Part shown: in pieces, positions 35,649-46,037 of the stretch | Numbering within the stretch: position 1 is the stretch's first letter | How the letters are laid out: each line of letters opens with the position of its first letter | Origin: a virus | Strand: one strand, 5' to 3' | Length of the DNA stretch: 64,000 bases | IMG/VR virus record: IMGVR_UViG_3300045974_000166 | Location: 32,001-96,000 of that record | The notes under the pieces: generated by a model | Databases searched by the model: none | Seen by the model: only the letters and a program-made list of their open reading frames with translations | Told to the model about the DNA's origin: nothing | Position numbers and translations under genes: made by a program

Positions 35649-37487
35649 ATGGCCACAAATCCTCTCATTGATCTAGATTTTGATCAGATTAAAACAGCTA
35701 TTATAGATTATATCAAGAACTCAAATTCGACGTTCACTGACTATAATTTTGAAGGTTCTGCTTTAAATTCTATCATAGACATTCTTGCATATAACACACA
35801 TACAAATGCGTACTATGCAAACATGCTGCATTCAGAAAGTTTCTTGGACACAGCTCAGAAAAGATCTTCTGTAGTTTCTCGTGCTAAAGAACTTGGGTAT
35901 ACACCAAAGTCTATTACTGGTTCAAATGCTTATATAAACATTTATACTACTGGTTTATCTAGCCAAAGTACAGTATTTTACATCCCCCGTGGTTCTGTGT
36001 TTACATCTTCTAATGAATCTGGATCTTATCAATTTTTAGCTAAAAATGATTATTTTTCTAAATTGGATGGTGTAAATGGTACTGGTAACCGTCACATTTT
36101 TTCAGATGTAAATCTAATTTCTGGTGTTTATCTATCCAATTCCTTTACGGTTGATATACTTTCTAACGTTCGGTCAATCTTTACTATTCCTAATGAATCT
36201 ATAGACACAAATACACTTCGCGTGTTTGTAAAAGATTCTGCAAATTCGGTTGAACGGACAGAATATAAACTTGCATCAAATGTTTTTGATGCAGAACGTG
36301 GTTCTTTAATCTATTACCTACAAGAATCTTATACTGGGAATTTTGAAATATTCTTTGGTGACAACATTCTTGGCAAACAACCAGTCAATGGAAATGTGAT
36401 TGAGATTGATTATTTTGCATCCGAAATGCCAGACTCTCCTAACGGCTGCAGATTCTTTGCTTCTGATATTACATTTGATGGTGGAGTGGGAGTTGCTTCT
36501 ATTGAAACTACTCAAGTTGCATTTGGTGGTTCTTATAAGGATCCTCTAGAAACTATTAGGTTTAATGCATTGAACACAAATATTTCTAAGAATCGCGCGG
36601 TCACTGCTTCGGATTATTCTACGCTTTTAATCTCAAACTTCTCATTCATTAAGTCTGTAAATTCTTGGGGTGGCGAGGATAATCTACCGCCAGTTTTCGG
36701 CAAAATTTTCTTATCTCTACAACCTGTAACCGGATTTACTATTTCTGATTCTGTTAAGAATTCTCAAATTTTACCTGTGATTAAGAAGAATTCTTTAGTT
36801 ACTATTACTCCAGAATTTGTTGATCCTGCATATACATTCTTGGAATTTACTACTAAAGCAAAGTATGTTAAAAACCGAACTCTACTTACTAAGTCTTTGA
36901 TAGAAAGTTATATCAGAGCTACAATCTCTACTTATGTTTCTAATATTTCTTCGTTCAATTCTGAGTATCTTCATTCACAGTTGATCAAGGAATGTTTGGC
37001 GATTGATGCATCAATCTCTTCTGTAGACATTAAAGTCAATATTGCAAAAAACATAGTACCTTATATCGGCGTAAGTACTACTTCTATGTTTAGTTTTAAT
37101 AACGAATTGACCGACGGTTCTATTACATCTACAAATTACTACATGATCTCCAATGGAGAAACCGTTCTTGTTTCACTGAAACAGATTCCTGGGTCATATT
37201 CGGATGCTATCAATACTATCCCTTTCATTGGCGCGTATAATTCAGACAACCAACTTATTAGAAATGTTGGGACAATAAATCTAAAAACTGGTGAAGTAAA
37301 TATCACAATCAATGTGTCGGCCTTTGTGACTTCTACAGTCAAGTTTGTAAAGTTAAAAGCTACTACATATGACTTAAATATATCAACTAAAAACAATCAA
37401 ATTTTAGCTCTAGATGCAAATCTTAAGGATGGTCCTTCTGGTCTAATTGACAACAATTATATTCTCGTAGAAGAATACTTAAAGTAA
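35649..37487 (+). CDS. gp6: baseplate wedge subunit
   Basis: LDFDQIK, FTDYNFEGS, FLDTAQKRSSV, NRAVTASDY and WGGEDN. Confidence 0.93.
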   Translation: MATNPLIDLDFDQIKTAIIDYIKNSNSTFTDYNFEGSALNSIIDILAYNTHTNAYYANMLHSESFLDTAQKRSSVVSRAKELGYTPKSITGSNAYINIYTTGLSSQSTVFYIPRGSVFTSSNESGSYQFLAKNDYFSKLDGVNGTGNRHIFSDVNLISGVYLSNSFTVDILSNVRSIFTIPNESIDTNTLRVFVKDSANSVERTEYKLASNVFDAERGSLIYYLQESYTGNFEIFFGDNILGKQPVNGNVIEIDYFASEMPDSPNGCRFFASDITFDGGVGVASIETTQVAFGGSYKDPLETIRFNALNTNISKNRAVTASDYSTLLISNFSFIKSVNSWGGEDNLPPVFGKIFLSLQPVTGFTISDSVKNSQILPVIKKNSLVTITPEFVDPAYTFLEFTTKAKYVKNRTLLTKSLIESYIRATISTYVSNISSFNSEYLHSQLIKECLAIDASISSVDIKVNIAKNIVPYIGVSTTSMFSFNNELTDGSITSTNYYMISNGETVLVSLKQIPGSYSDAINTIPFIGAYNSDNQLIRNVGTINLKTGEVNITINVSAFVTSTVKFVKLKATTYDLNISTKNNQILALDANLKDGPSGLIDNNYILVEEYLK

Positions 37488-37496
37488 TCCTGCTCC

Positions 37497-39524
37497 ATGA
37501 TCAATTACCAAAATAGTGTAGTAGATAATTATCCTCTGTACCAAGCATTCATTGACTTATACTATGCATATGTAAAGCAAAGAAATGCTCCAGTTGGCGA
37601 GATAAATAATCATGCCGCTAAACTAGATCTTGATCGCGCACTTTCTTCTGAGATTGATAAATTTTATTCCGTATATGCTATTGATCTACCAAAGACTATA
37701 GCATATGACAAAAGAAATCTTGCAAAAATTCTAAATCAGATATATGAAGCTAAGGGAACCGAGAATTCTCTTAAATTATTGTTTCGTCTTATCTATAATG
37801 AAGACATTCAGATTTCATACCCAGTACAAAATATTCTAAAACCTTCAGATGGTAGATGGATAAAAGAACAATACTTTACCGCATATAAGTATTCTGGCAC
37901 ACCACCCATAGAAAACACAAGAATTGTTTTCTCAAATGAAAAGGGTGACTTTTCACTAATCGTTACTGGTGTAGAAATTATCAATGCCGATGTTTGTCGA
38001 ATTAGATTCTCATCTTTGAACCGAGTTAATTTACCTCTAGAACAAATAGTAACGGCTACAGATGGTGAGCATGTATATTTTATCGGTAAAGTTATCCCAT
38101 CACCAGATAAACTTAGAATTTTAAAGCCTGGTAAGTATTGGAAGAAGGGTAAAGCAATTGTTATACCTGGTTCTATTAGAAACACAGTAGCCGTTGTATC
38201 ATCTGTTTCAACTGGTGGTGTAATTACCGGTATAGAAATTTTGGAATATGGTATCGGCCACAATGAAAATCAAATTTCTATAATTTCTCCATTTCCAAGA
38301 AAGCCAACCGGCTCACTACAAGATCTATCTTTTCAAATTACTGCTATCAATACAGCGGCAATTGGTGCCGGCTTCACAAACCATCCCGGTGTTGTGTATC
38401 ATCACACTGTAAACATAGAAGATTATGTAGATGGTCTAGCAGACGAAGTAATCGGTATATCAGCTGGGTTTACTCATAATTCTTATTTTCTGTCTGACTA
38501 TTTGGCCGCAGATTATTTGGGTACAGAAGAAATTCATACAAATACTACATCCGTTAAAAGTATAGATAACGTTGGTAGAGATACAGACATTAGAACCTGG
38601 CAAGAATCTCTTGCACTTCTAATGTACGAACACGGCCCACTTGTCGATGTAAAGGGTAAATATTCTGGTGATGAAGGTCAACTTTCCAATCAGCTGATTA
38701 AAATACAGGATTCATATTTCTATCAGGCATTCTCATATCTTTTAGAAAGTATACAAGATCCAAAATTATATAAGAAAATGGCGGACCTGTTTCACCCAGC
38801 AGGCACCAAAAGATTCTCGGGATACATTAAACAAATAGATGAAGCTTTACAATATGAGTTCCGTAGAGCATTCTTAGTTGATACAATTGTTCTTCGTGAT
38901 CAGCAGACTTTCTTAGATGCAGATTCTTTGATATTTGTTAAGAAAGTAATCGACTCATCTACACCTGTTGATTCGATACGATATAAGATTGTAGTTAAAC
39001 AATTGACAGACTCTGTGACTCCAAATCCAGATGTCAAGATGAAGAATCTTACTAAGAATTTGTCAGAAATTACTACTTATATTGATGTCTATCAAAAGAC
39101 TATTTTTAAATCTTTTACATTAGATTCAGTTGTTCCAGCCGAAACTGAGTTCAATAAGGACCAAACAAAGTACTTTACTACTGACTTTGTGACTAGTAGT
39201 CACACAAACCCAATATCACTGAGTAAACCCCGCGTAGATACTACAACAATCACAGATCCCCAATACTCAAAAATCTTTGGTAAAGGTTTTACCGAACTTG
39301 AAACTATTGTTGAAACTAAACCAAAACTTACAACTAATAGAACATTAAATGAATTAGAAACTATATTAGAAGCATTTTCCAAAAATGCTGCCAAAAATAT
39401 TGCATCTGACTTAGTCACTATAGTTTCTACCGATTCCAATGGAACTCTCGTCGATGGCCGATGGGATGTATCTTATTCTATTGGCGATTACTCAGAACCA
39501 TACAAATATCTATCTTTTAGTTAG
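37497..39524 (+). CDS. gp7: baseplate wedge initiator (gp7-like)
   Basis: KGTENSLKLLFRLIYNE, PSDGRW, IQDSYFYQAFSY and FHPAG; located after gp6. Confidence 0.7.
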   Translation: MINYQNSVVDNYPLYQAFIDLYYAYVKQRNAPVGEINNHAAKLDLDRALSSEIDKFYSVYAIDLPKTIAYDKRNLAKILNQIYEAKGTENSLKLLFRLIYNEDIQISYPVQNILKPSDGRWIKEQYFTAYKYSGTPPIENTRIVFSNEKGDFSLIVTGVEIINADVCRIRFSSLNRVNLPLEQIVTATDGEHVYFIGKVIPSPDKLRILKPGKYWKKGKAIVIPGSIRNTVAVVSSVSTGGVITGIEILEYGIGHNENQISIISPFPRKPTGSLQDLSFQITAINTAAIGAGFTNHPGVVYHHTVNIEDYVDGLADEVIGISAGFTHNSYFLSDYLAADYLGTEEIHTNTTSVKSIDNVGRDTDIRTWQESLALLMYEHGPLVDVKGKYSGDEGQLSNQLIKIQDSYFYQAFSYLLESIQDPKLYKKMADLFHPAGTKRFSGYIKQIDEALQYEFRRAFLVDTIVLRDQQTFLDADSLIFVKKVIDSSTPVDSIRYKIVVKQLTDSVTPNPDVKMKNLTKNLSEITTYIDVYQKTIFKSFTLDSVVPAETEFNKDQTKYFTTDFVTSSHTNPISLSKPRVDTTTITDPQYSKIFGKGFTELETIVETKPKLTTNRTLNELETILEAFSKNAAKNIASDLVTIVSTDSNGTLVDGRWDVSYSIGDYSEPYKYLSFS

Positions 39525-39531
39525 AAGCCGT

Positions 39532-39539
39532 ATTAAATA
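39532..39539 (+). promoter_or_regulatory. putative late promoter (ATTAAATA)
   Basis: Intergenic. Confidence 0.65.
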
Positions 39540-39578
39540 AAACATAACCCAACCAACCCCGTTATAAGGATATCTAAA

Positions 39579-40043
39579 ATGATTAATGACTCACTAAAAC
39601 CAACCGGCGAACTTCTAATTGTTCTTCGTGGCCCAGACGGCAAGATTAAAGAACAAAAGACCGTTCCTAACTTGATCGTCACCACTGGCAAAAATGCAAT
39701 TGCTTCACGTCTTGCTGGTGTTACTACCGGTGTGATGACTCACATGGCTCTCGGCACTAGTGCCGTGGCTGCTGATGTAGCACAAGCTAGCCTTGGCGTG
39801 TCAGAATTCACAGGCGGTTCTAATGTGCGTGCCGCTCTATCTGTTTCTGGTGGTTCTGTTTCTGGCAACCAGGTTACTTTCACTGCTACTTTTGCCGCTG
39901 GCAACTGTACTGGCGCTGTGACTGAAGCAGGTATTTTTAACGCCTCGACTGCCGGTATAATGTTAGCTCGTACAACATTTTTGCCAGTCAACAAAGATGC
40001 TTTGGACACGCTGACTATCTCTTGGATCGTGACTGTATCGTAA
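39579..40043 (+). CDS. virion structural protein (tail/baseplate beta domain)
   Basis: NLIVTTGKNAIA, MALGT and VTEAGIFN motifs typical of tail-associated proteins. Confidence 0.7.
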   Translation: MINDSLKPTGELLIVLRGPDGKIKEQKTVPNLIVTTGKNAIASRLAGVTTGVMTHMALGTSAVAADVAQASLGVSEFTGGSNVRAALSVSGGSVSGNQVTFTATFAAGNCTGAVTEAGIFNASTAGIMLARTTFLPVNKDALDTLTISWIVTVS

Positions 40044-40049
40044 TATAAA

Positions 40050-42140
40050 ATGTCTAATTCAATCAGAGCCGGCCTCCATTTTAGCGTCGCTGATACTATT
40101 CTCAAAGAGATTCAGTATCAGCGCTCTAACTATTTTTTCTTCCTTGGAAAGATTGACAAATGGAATGTAGATGATGTCTATGTTGACGCCAATCTGATTA
40201 ATTCTGATTATGAAAATAGTAATATTAGAACTAACATTCTATACATCAACAAGGTTTCTCCTACTGATGTGTCATTAGTTACGAAAAGAACACTTTGGAC
40301 TGCATCTACAGTTTATGATCAGTACGATCATACTAAAGATCTAAACACACTAACGTTCTTTGTAGTGACAGATGACTATAATGTTTACAAATGTCTTTCA
40401 AACAACAATAACGTTCCTTCTACTGTTAAACCGGTAGGAAAACCAACAATTCCTTTAAAACTTGCCGATGGATATATCTGGAAGTATATGTATGCAATTC
40501 CTTCTTTCAAGAAGTCGAAGTTCATGTCATATTCCTACATCCCTGTCCAAACTGCACTTTCTGATAGTTTTTATAACAACGGTTCCGTTGATGATGTAAT
40601 TGTCGAATATGGTGGTTCGGGTTATTCAGATACACCAAATGTGACAATCAGTTTAGCAGGTGCAGTTACCACAGGATCCGGAGCTACTGGCCACGTCACG
40701 GTTGATTCTTCTGGCCGTATTACTGGGATAGTAATAGACACAGGTGGTTCTGGATATACAGCGGGTGTTAGTCTTTCTGTTACTACTCTATCTGGAGCTG
40801 GTGCAGAACTTACACCTATCATTGCTGCTGGTGTTGTGACCGGAGCTAATATAGTTAGTGCTGGAATTTCTTATCAAAACGGAAATGTGATAAACTTTTC
40901 TCTTGGTGGTGCAATTTTAGTAGCAGGTGTGTCTCAAAGAATCTATGATGGTAGTTTAGCTTTTGTTTCTGGCGGCAGTATTACTAAGGTAACAATCGTT
41001 AATCCGGGTATTGGGTATGCTGTTGCACCAACACTCACGGTTGTTTCCGCTGATGCCTCAGGTACTGGAAAATATGGAGCTGGTTCTGCGTTACTTTCAT
41101 CTGTTGTATATCAAGGGAAAATTGTTCAGGTAAACATACTTGATTCTGGTATAAACTATGCTAATGGTATCGGCACCAATATTTCTGTATTTGGTGACGG
41201 TACTGGTGCTAAATTCACACCTGTTATCTATAACGGCTCTATTGTAGATGTGGTCGTAGATAATCCAGGCAAAGATTACTCAGAAGTTATAGTTTCAATC
41301 TCTGGTTCTACAGTAAATCCTGCTAAAATTACTCCCGTGTTGGCTTCATCTGACTTTTCTTCCGATCAATATATTATTGAACAGACTTCTGTTGCTGGTG
41401 CAATTTATGCAATTGTAATAACAAATCAGGGTACAAATTATACGGCCAATGCAGCTGTGAATGTTGTAGGTGATGGTACCGGAGCAATAGCTATACCAAC
41501 TGTGATAGATGGCAAAATTACTAAAATTACAATGACCAGCTATGGTCAAGACTATACTTATGCTAGTATTAGTATTACCGATGCTCTTCGTGCAGTTAAC
41601 ATAACCAATATAGATTTAGTATCATATGCTGTGATATCTCCAAAATATGGCCATGGTAGAGATGCGGTTCGCGAACTTAGTTCTTCTACAATTGCATTTA
41701 CGAATGTGATTAAGAAAGACCCATCTATTATTGATCTAGCTCAGGATTATAGATATTTTGGTCTTATAAAAAATCCAAAAAATATTCTTACTGGTGAGAT
41801 GATACGAGTTCAAAATAATGTTATAGCCCACTATGTTACCTTCACATCACATACTGGGTTGGTGATTGATGAAGTTCTTCTTAAGGCTGGTGCTAAATAC
41901 CGTGTTGTAAGTATTACAAATAATGATGTTGTTTTGCAACCGCTTGGTTCTGGATATATGACTTCAGCCGGTACCTACGTTGCAGAAACTAATTCTTCAA
42001 GAACTTATACAACTAGTGCAGTTTCTTATACTCCGGTCGTTGATAAATATTCTGGTGACTTACTCTTTGCCTCAGCAGAAAATCAATTTACATTTACAGC
42101 TGACCAGACATTCGTTATCAAAACTTTCCTAACAGTTTAA
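40050..42140 (+). CDS. gp8: baseplate wedge subunit (gp8-like) with beta-repeat insertion
   Basis: FFVVTDDYNVYKCLSNN, DGYIWKYMY, GGSGY repeats and GHGRDAVREL. Confidence 0.8.
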   Translation: MSNSIRAGLHFSVADTILKEIQYQRSNYFFFLGKIDKWNVDDVYVDANLINSDYENSNIRTNILYINKVSPTDVSLVTKRTLWTASTVYDQYDHTKDLNTLTFFVVTDDYNVYKCLSNNNNVPSTVKPVGKPTIPLKLADGYIWKYMYAIPSFKKSKFMSYSYIPVQTALSDSFYNNGSVDDVIVEYGGSGYSDTPNVTISLAGAVTTGSGATGHVTVDSSGRITGIVIDTGGSGYTAGVSLSVTTLSGAGAELTPIIAAGVVTGANIVSAGISYQNGNVINFSLGGAILVAGVSQRIYDGSLAFVSGGSITKVTIVNPGIGYAVAPTLTVVSADASGTGKYGAGSALLSSVVYQGKIVQVNILDSGINYANGIGTNISVFGDGTGAKFTPVIYNGSIVDVVVDNPGKDYSEVIVSISGSTVNPAKITPVLASSDFSSDQYIIEQTSVAGAIYAIVITNQGTNYTANAAVNVVGDGTGAIAIPTVIDGKITKITMTSYGQDYTYASISITDALRAVNITNIDLVSYAVISPKYGHGRDAVRELSSSTIAFTNVIKKDPSIIDLAQDYRYFGLIKNPKNILTGEMIRVQNNVIAHYVTFTSHTGLVIDEVLLKAGAKYRVVSITNNDVVLQPLGSGYMTSAGTYVAETNSSRTYTTSAVSYTPVVDKYSGDLLFASAENQFTFTADQTFVIKTFLTV

Positions 42141-42155
42141 ACACGGTTACCAATT

Positions 42156-45100
42156 ATGCCTACAAATTTATCCGCAGCACCTTACTACGATGACTACAAT
42201 CCAGCATCTGACTACCATCAGATTCTGTTTAAACCTGGTGTGTCTGTTCAGGCTCGTGAACTTACTCAAATGCAAAGCATTACAAGAAATCAGATTGCAG
42301 CATTTGGTGGTCACGTTTTTAAACATGGTTCAGTTGTCGTACCAGGTAATGTCACAACAGATTTTGAAGTCTCATATGTAAAGTTAACTATTGTAAACTT
42401 TGACGTTACTAGATTAGTAGGTAGTAAGCTTACTGGCCAAACTTCTGGTCTTACTGCATATGTTAAATTTGCTGTGAATGCGGTAGCGACCGATCCTGCA
42501 ACTATTTTTGTGACATACTATAATGTTGGTACCAATGGTGAACGTGTATTCACAGAAGGTGAAACTATCACAGACAATGTTAACAATTTTGTTGTATGGA
42601 CAAAACTTGTGTCAGACACTACGGAGTCTAGAGGACAATCTGTTCTTGCTTCTGTTAATAAAGGAACATTCTTCGTTAATGGTACTTTTGCTAATGTATC
42701 ACCACAGACGGTAGTATACTCAAAATATTCTGGTATTCCATCTGGTTCTGCATTGTTGAAGATTACTGAATCCATTGTTGATTCGAATACTGACCCAACA
42801 TTACTAGATCCAGCACAAGGTTCTTATAACTATGCTGCACCCGGCGCAGATCGTCTTAAAATTACCCTTACATTAGTAACACTTCCACTTGGTGCTACTT
42901 TTGGCGAAGATTATATTGAACTTATGCGGTATGACAATGGAGAACTTTTAGAACTTCTTCGGTATTCTAAGTACTCAGAACTAGAAAAGAATCTTGCACG
43001 TAGAACATATGAGCAATCTGGTGACTATATTACATCTGGCCTAGATATATCGGTGCGTGAACACCTTAAGAAAACTGTTAATGGTGGCAAATATGATGCA
43101 CCTACAGGTGATGCATCAAAATTCATTGTAGATGTTTCTGCTGGTAAAGCATATGTTAACGGATATGAGTGCGAAGTATTTTCTAAACGTGAAGTCGTGG
43201 TTGATAAGGCACGTTCTGCCGATCATATCAAAACATCTACCGCTAATTTAGTACCATCATTTGGCCAATATGTCCTGATTACGGATTTAGCTGGACTTCC
43301 AGTTTTCTCTACTCAAGAAACTATTACGTTCTATGATAATACTACTGCTGGTACCGTGATCGGTACGGCTTCTGCTCTAGCCGTAGATTATAATCAGACT
43401 GCCGGTGCAAATGAAACTTCTTCTATCTATACACTATTCATTTCAAATGTAGTATTGCAACCAGCTAAGTCTTTAGTTGATGTTGCTCGATGCACCTATA
43501 CTGCTGGTTCTTCAAAGGTTGTGCAAAAGATTAATATTGCTTCATCATCAGCAGTTGATTTTGTATTGGGTGAACTTGTCTCTGCTGGTGCTACTGGCCG
43601 ATCTGCAACCGTTCGTAAATACAACCGATACACTGGTGAACTGTTTGTGATCAAGAATGGTGCAAATACTGTACCAATTATCAATGATTTTCTTACTGCA
43701 GTATCTACTTCTTCTGGTAAAATTTTGTCTATTGATGCTATATTTAAGAATTCAACTGACAATCTTATCATTCAACTTCCAAAGAAATCTGTTAATGCAG
43801 TTAAGAATAGTGCAAATGCAGTTGATACTACATATAAACTTTACTATAATACCACCGTAACATGTGTCGCTGGCAATGCATCATTCTCTGTGACTGGTAT
43901 GACTATTGATCCAAAAGAACAAGGCAACTTCATGGTCGTTGGTGCTACACAGGTTTATCCGATCTCTGTTGCAACAGTAACAACCGACGGTTTAACCGTT
44001 AACATTACTGGTATTACTCCTACAACAGCAGTTCTGCAAATTACATGTGCCGCTACGAAAACTCTTACTGGTTCTACTCCAAAGACAAAATCTAAGAGCA
44101 CTTCTACCGCCGAAGTATTTACTCTAACTTCTGGGTTTGGCCAACTAAAATATGCCGATGGTATTAGATTAATTTCTGTTATTTCATCCGTTGACGGTAA
44201 TGTCACTTCTCGGTTTATGTTCGACAACGGCCAGCGCGACTATGTATATGGTCGTTCAGCCGTAGTATTAATTTCTGGAACTGCTCCTACAGGAACTCTA
44301 ACAGCAACATATGATTACTTTGCTCATAATGCTGGTTCTGGTGATCACTTCACTGTTGACTCATATGTCTCATCTGGCCTCGTAGATTATTTTGAATCAT
44401 CACTTTTATACTACACTAGCAAATCTGGTGGAACTAAATATGATCTAAGAAACTGCTTAGACTTTCGTCCACGTGAAGGTGTGGCCGGAGGTATTACTGG
44501 TGTGTCTTCTCTTACAAATTATCTACCACAGGTTGACTCTAGAATTACTACATCTGTACAAAGTTATGTAGGTCGCTATGATGTTGTTGTAATTGATAAA
44601 GCTTCAAAAATTAGTACTCTTACTGGTGTACCTTCGGAAACACCTTATGTGCCAAAGATCAATTCTGAGATCATTTCTCTTGGAACTATCTACGTACCAC
44701 CATATACTTACTCTGTCAACGATATGAGATTGTCAAAGTCTAATAATTCTACTTATAGAATGAAAGACATCTTTGGTATCGAAAACCGAATTGCTAATCT
44801 TGAAGATTATGTGACGATTAATGCAACAGAAGCATCAATCATCAATTATGATGTTATCGATGCACAAACTGGTTTATCTAGATATAAGTCTGGTTATTTA
44901 GTTGACACTTTTGACAATCCAGACATCATTTCAGATATTTTGGGTAGTCAGTTTACTATCACTTATTTTTCTGGCAATATTATTCCACAATTTGAAGTAT
45001 ACGAAACTCCGCTTGTGACTTCTTCTGCTGGTACTTTGTCTATTACAAATAATGTAGTGATGCTACCCTTTACAGAGATTGTCTTTGCCAAACAACCAAT

Positions 45101-46037
45101 GTCATCTAAGATTACTAACATCAATCCGTTTTCTGTATTTTCGTGGCACGGTATTATGAGTATCCAACCAAAATCTGATTCGTGGGAAGAAATTCAAAAT
45201 TTACCTACGGTGTTGAATACTCACAACCAAGTGTTAAACAATACGGTTGTTAACATTACTACAGAAACTATAAATGTTAGTCGGCCATGGGATTGGGTGC
45301 CACCTTCTGGTGCTTTAGTTTCTTATGCTGCTGCACCAACACCTGTTGTTGCTCCACCGGCTTCTGGCGGGGGTGGGGGTGGATGTTTTACTGGTGAAAC
45401 ATTAGTTACTATGGCAAATGGTAAAAAGAAAGCAATCTCGGAAATCGTTGTGGGTGATCTTGTTAAGGGCACAACTAAGGATGCATTCAATGAAGTTCTA
45501 TATGTGGAATCTCTTGAGAACAACATGTGGAATCTTTACTCTCCAAACGAGACATTCATTCCATTTGCTACTATCAACCATCCATTCTACATCAATGGCG
45601 TTCTAACTCTACCAAAAGAATTGATGGGCAAGATTAACTATTCTTGGCTTGGCAATATCCAGTATGAAGCATTTGGCAATGTACAAGAACTTAATAAGTC
45701 TAGATGCCGTGTATACAATCTTTGGTTAGATGGTGACGGCACTTACCTTGTAAATGGACTTCCAACAACTTCGATTTTGTTAGACACAAAATTCCTAAGA
45801 AACATAATTAAATATGAGCATGTAACTCATGATCAATGTATGGAAATTATTAATGCCGTTCAATCGGATATTAATTTGCTAAATGGATCTTATGCAGTTT
45901 CTAGAATTTTAGGAAAACTAAATTTAAGATTCATAGATCGTACAGTTGCATGCACATTCAATGACGGAAAAATATCTAAGAAAATATTGTTTGGTTTCTT
46001 AAAAATCGTCGGTTCTCTAGTTATAAAGAAAAAATAA
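42156..46037 (+). CDS. VrlC/DUF4815-like large tail protein, N-terminal part, with C-terminal Hint domain
   Basis: PYYDDY, ILFKPG..VQARELTQ, APGADRLK, LARRTYEQSGDY, AGKAYVNGYE, LDFRP, RIANLEDY and GYLVDTF. Confidence 0.8.
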   Translation: MPTNLSAAPYYDDYNPASDYHQILFKPGVSVQARELTQMQSITRNQIAAFGGHVFKHGSVVVPGNVTTDFEVSYVKLTIVNFDVTRLVGSKLTGQTSGLTAYVKFAVNAVATDPATIFVTYYNVGTNGERVFTEGETITDNVNNFVVWTKLVSDTTESRGQSVLASVNKGTFFVNGTFANVSPQTVVYSKYSGIPSGSALLKITESIVDSNTDPTLLDPAQGSYNYAAPGADRLKITLTLVTLPLGATFGEDYIELMRYDNGELLELLRYSKYSELEKNLARRTYEQSGDYITSGLDISVREHLKKTVNGGKYDAPTGDASKFIVDVSAGKAYVNGYECEVFSKREVVVDKARSADHIKTSTANLVPSFGQYVLITDLAGLPVFSTQETITFYDNTTAGTVIGTASALAVDYNQTAGANETSSIYTLFISNVVLQPAKSLVDVARCTYTAGSSKVVQKINIASSSAVDFVLGELVSAGATGRSATVRKYNRYTGELFVIKNGANTVPIINDFLTAVSTSSGKILSIDAIFKNSTDNLIIQLPKKSVNAVKNSANAVDTTYKLYYNTTVTCVAGNASFSVTGMTIDPKEQGNFMVVGATQVYPISVATVTTDGLTVNITGITPTTAVLQITCAATKTLTGSTPKTKSKSTSTAEVFTLTSGFGQLKYADGIRLISVISSVDGNVTSRFMFDNGQRDYVYGRSAVVLISGTAPTGTLTATYDYFAHNAGSGDHFTVDSYVSSGLVDYFESSLLYYTSKSGGTKYDLRNCLDFRPREGVAGGITGVSSLTNYLPQVDSRITTSVQSYVGRYDVVVIDKASKISTLTGVPSETPYVPKINSEIISLGTIYVPPYTYSVNDMRLSKSNNSTYRMKDIFGIENRIANLEDYVTINATEASIINYDVIDAQTGLSRYKSGYLVDTFDNPDIISDILGSQFTITYFSGNIIPQFEVYETPLVTSSAGTLSITNNVVMLPFTEIVFAKQPMSSKITNINPFSVFSWHGIMSIQPKSDSWEEIQNLPTVLNTHNQVLNNTVVNITTETINVSRPWDWVPPSGALVSYAAAPTPVVAPPASGGGGGGCFTGETLVTMANGKKKAISEIVVGDLVKGTTKDAFNEVLYVESLENNMWNLYSPNETFIPFATINHPFYINGVLTLPKELMGKINYSWLGNIQYEAFGNVQELNKSRCRVYNLWLDGDGTYLVNGLPTTSILLDTKFLRNIIKYEHVTHDQCMEIINAVQSDINLLNGSYAVSRILGKLNLRFIDRTVACTFNDGKISKKILFGFLKIVGSLVIKKK
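45384..45773 (+). other. Hint (hedgehog/intein-like) autoprocessing domain
   Basis: Block A CFTGETLVTMANG, block B TINH and block F VYNLWLDGDGTYLVNG; no terminal His-Asn. Confidence 0.85.
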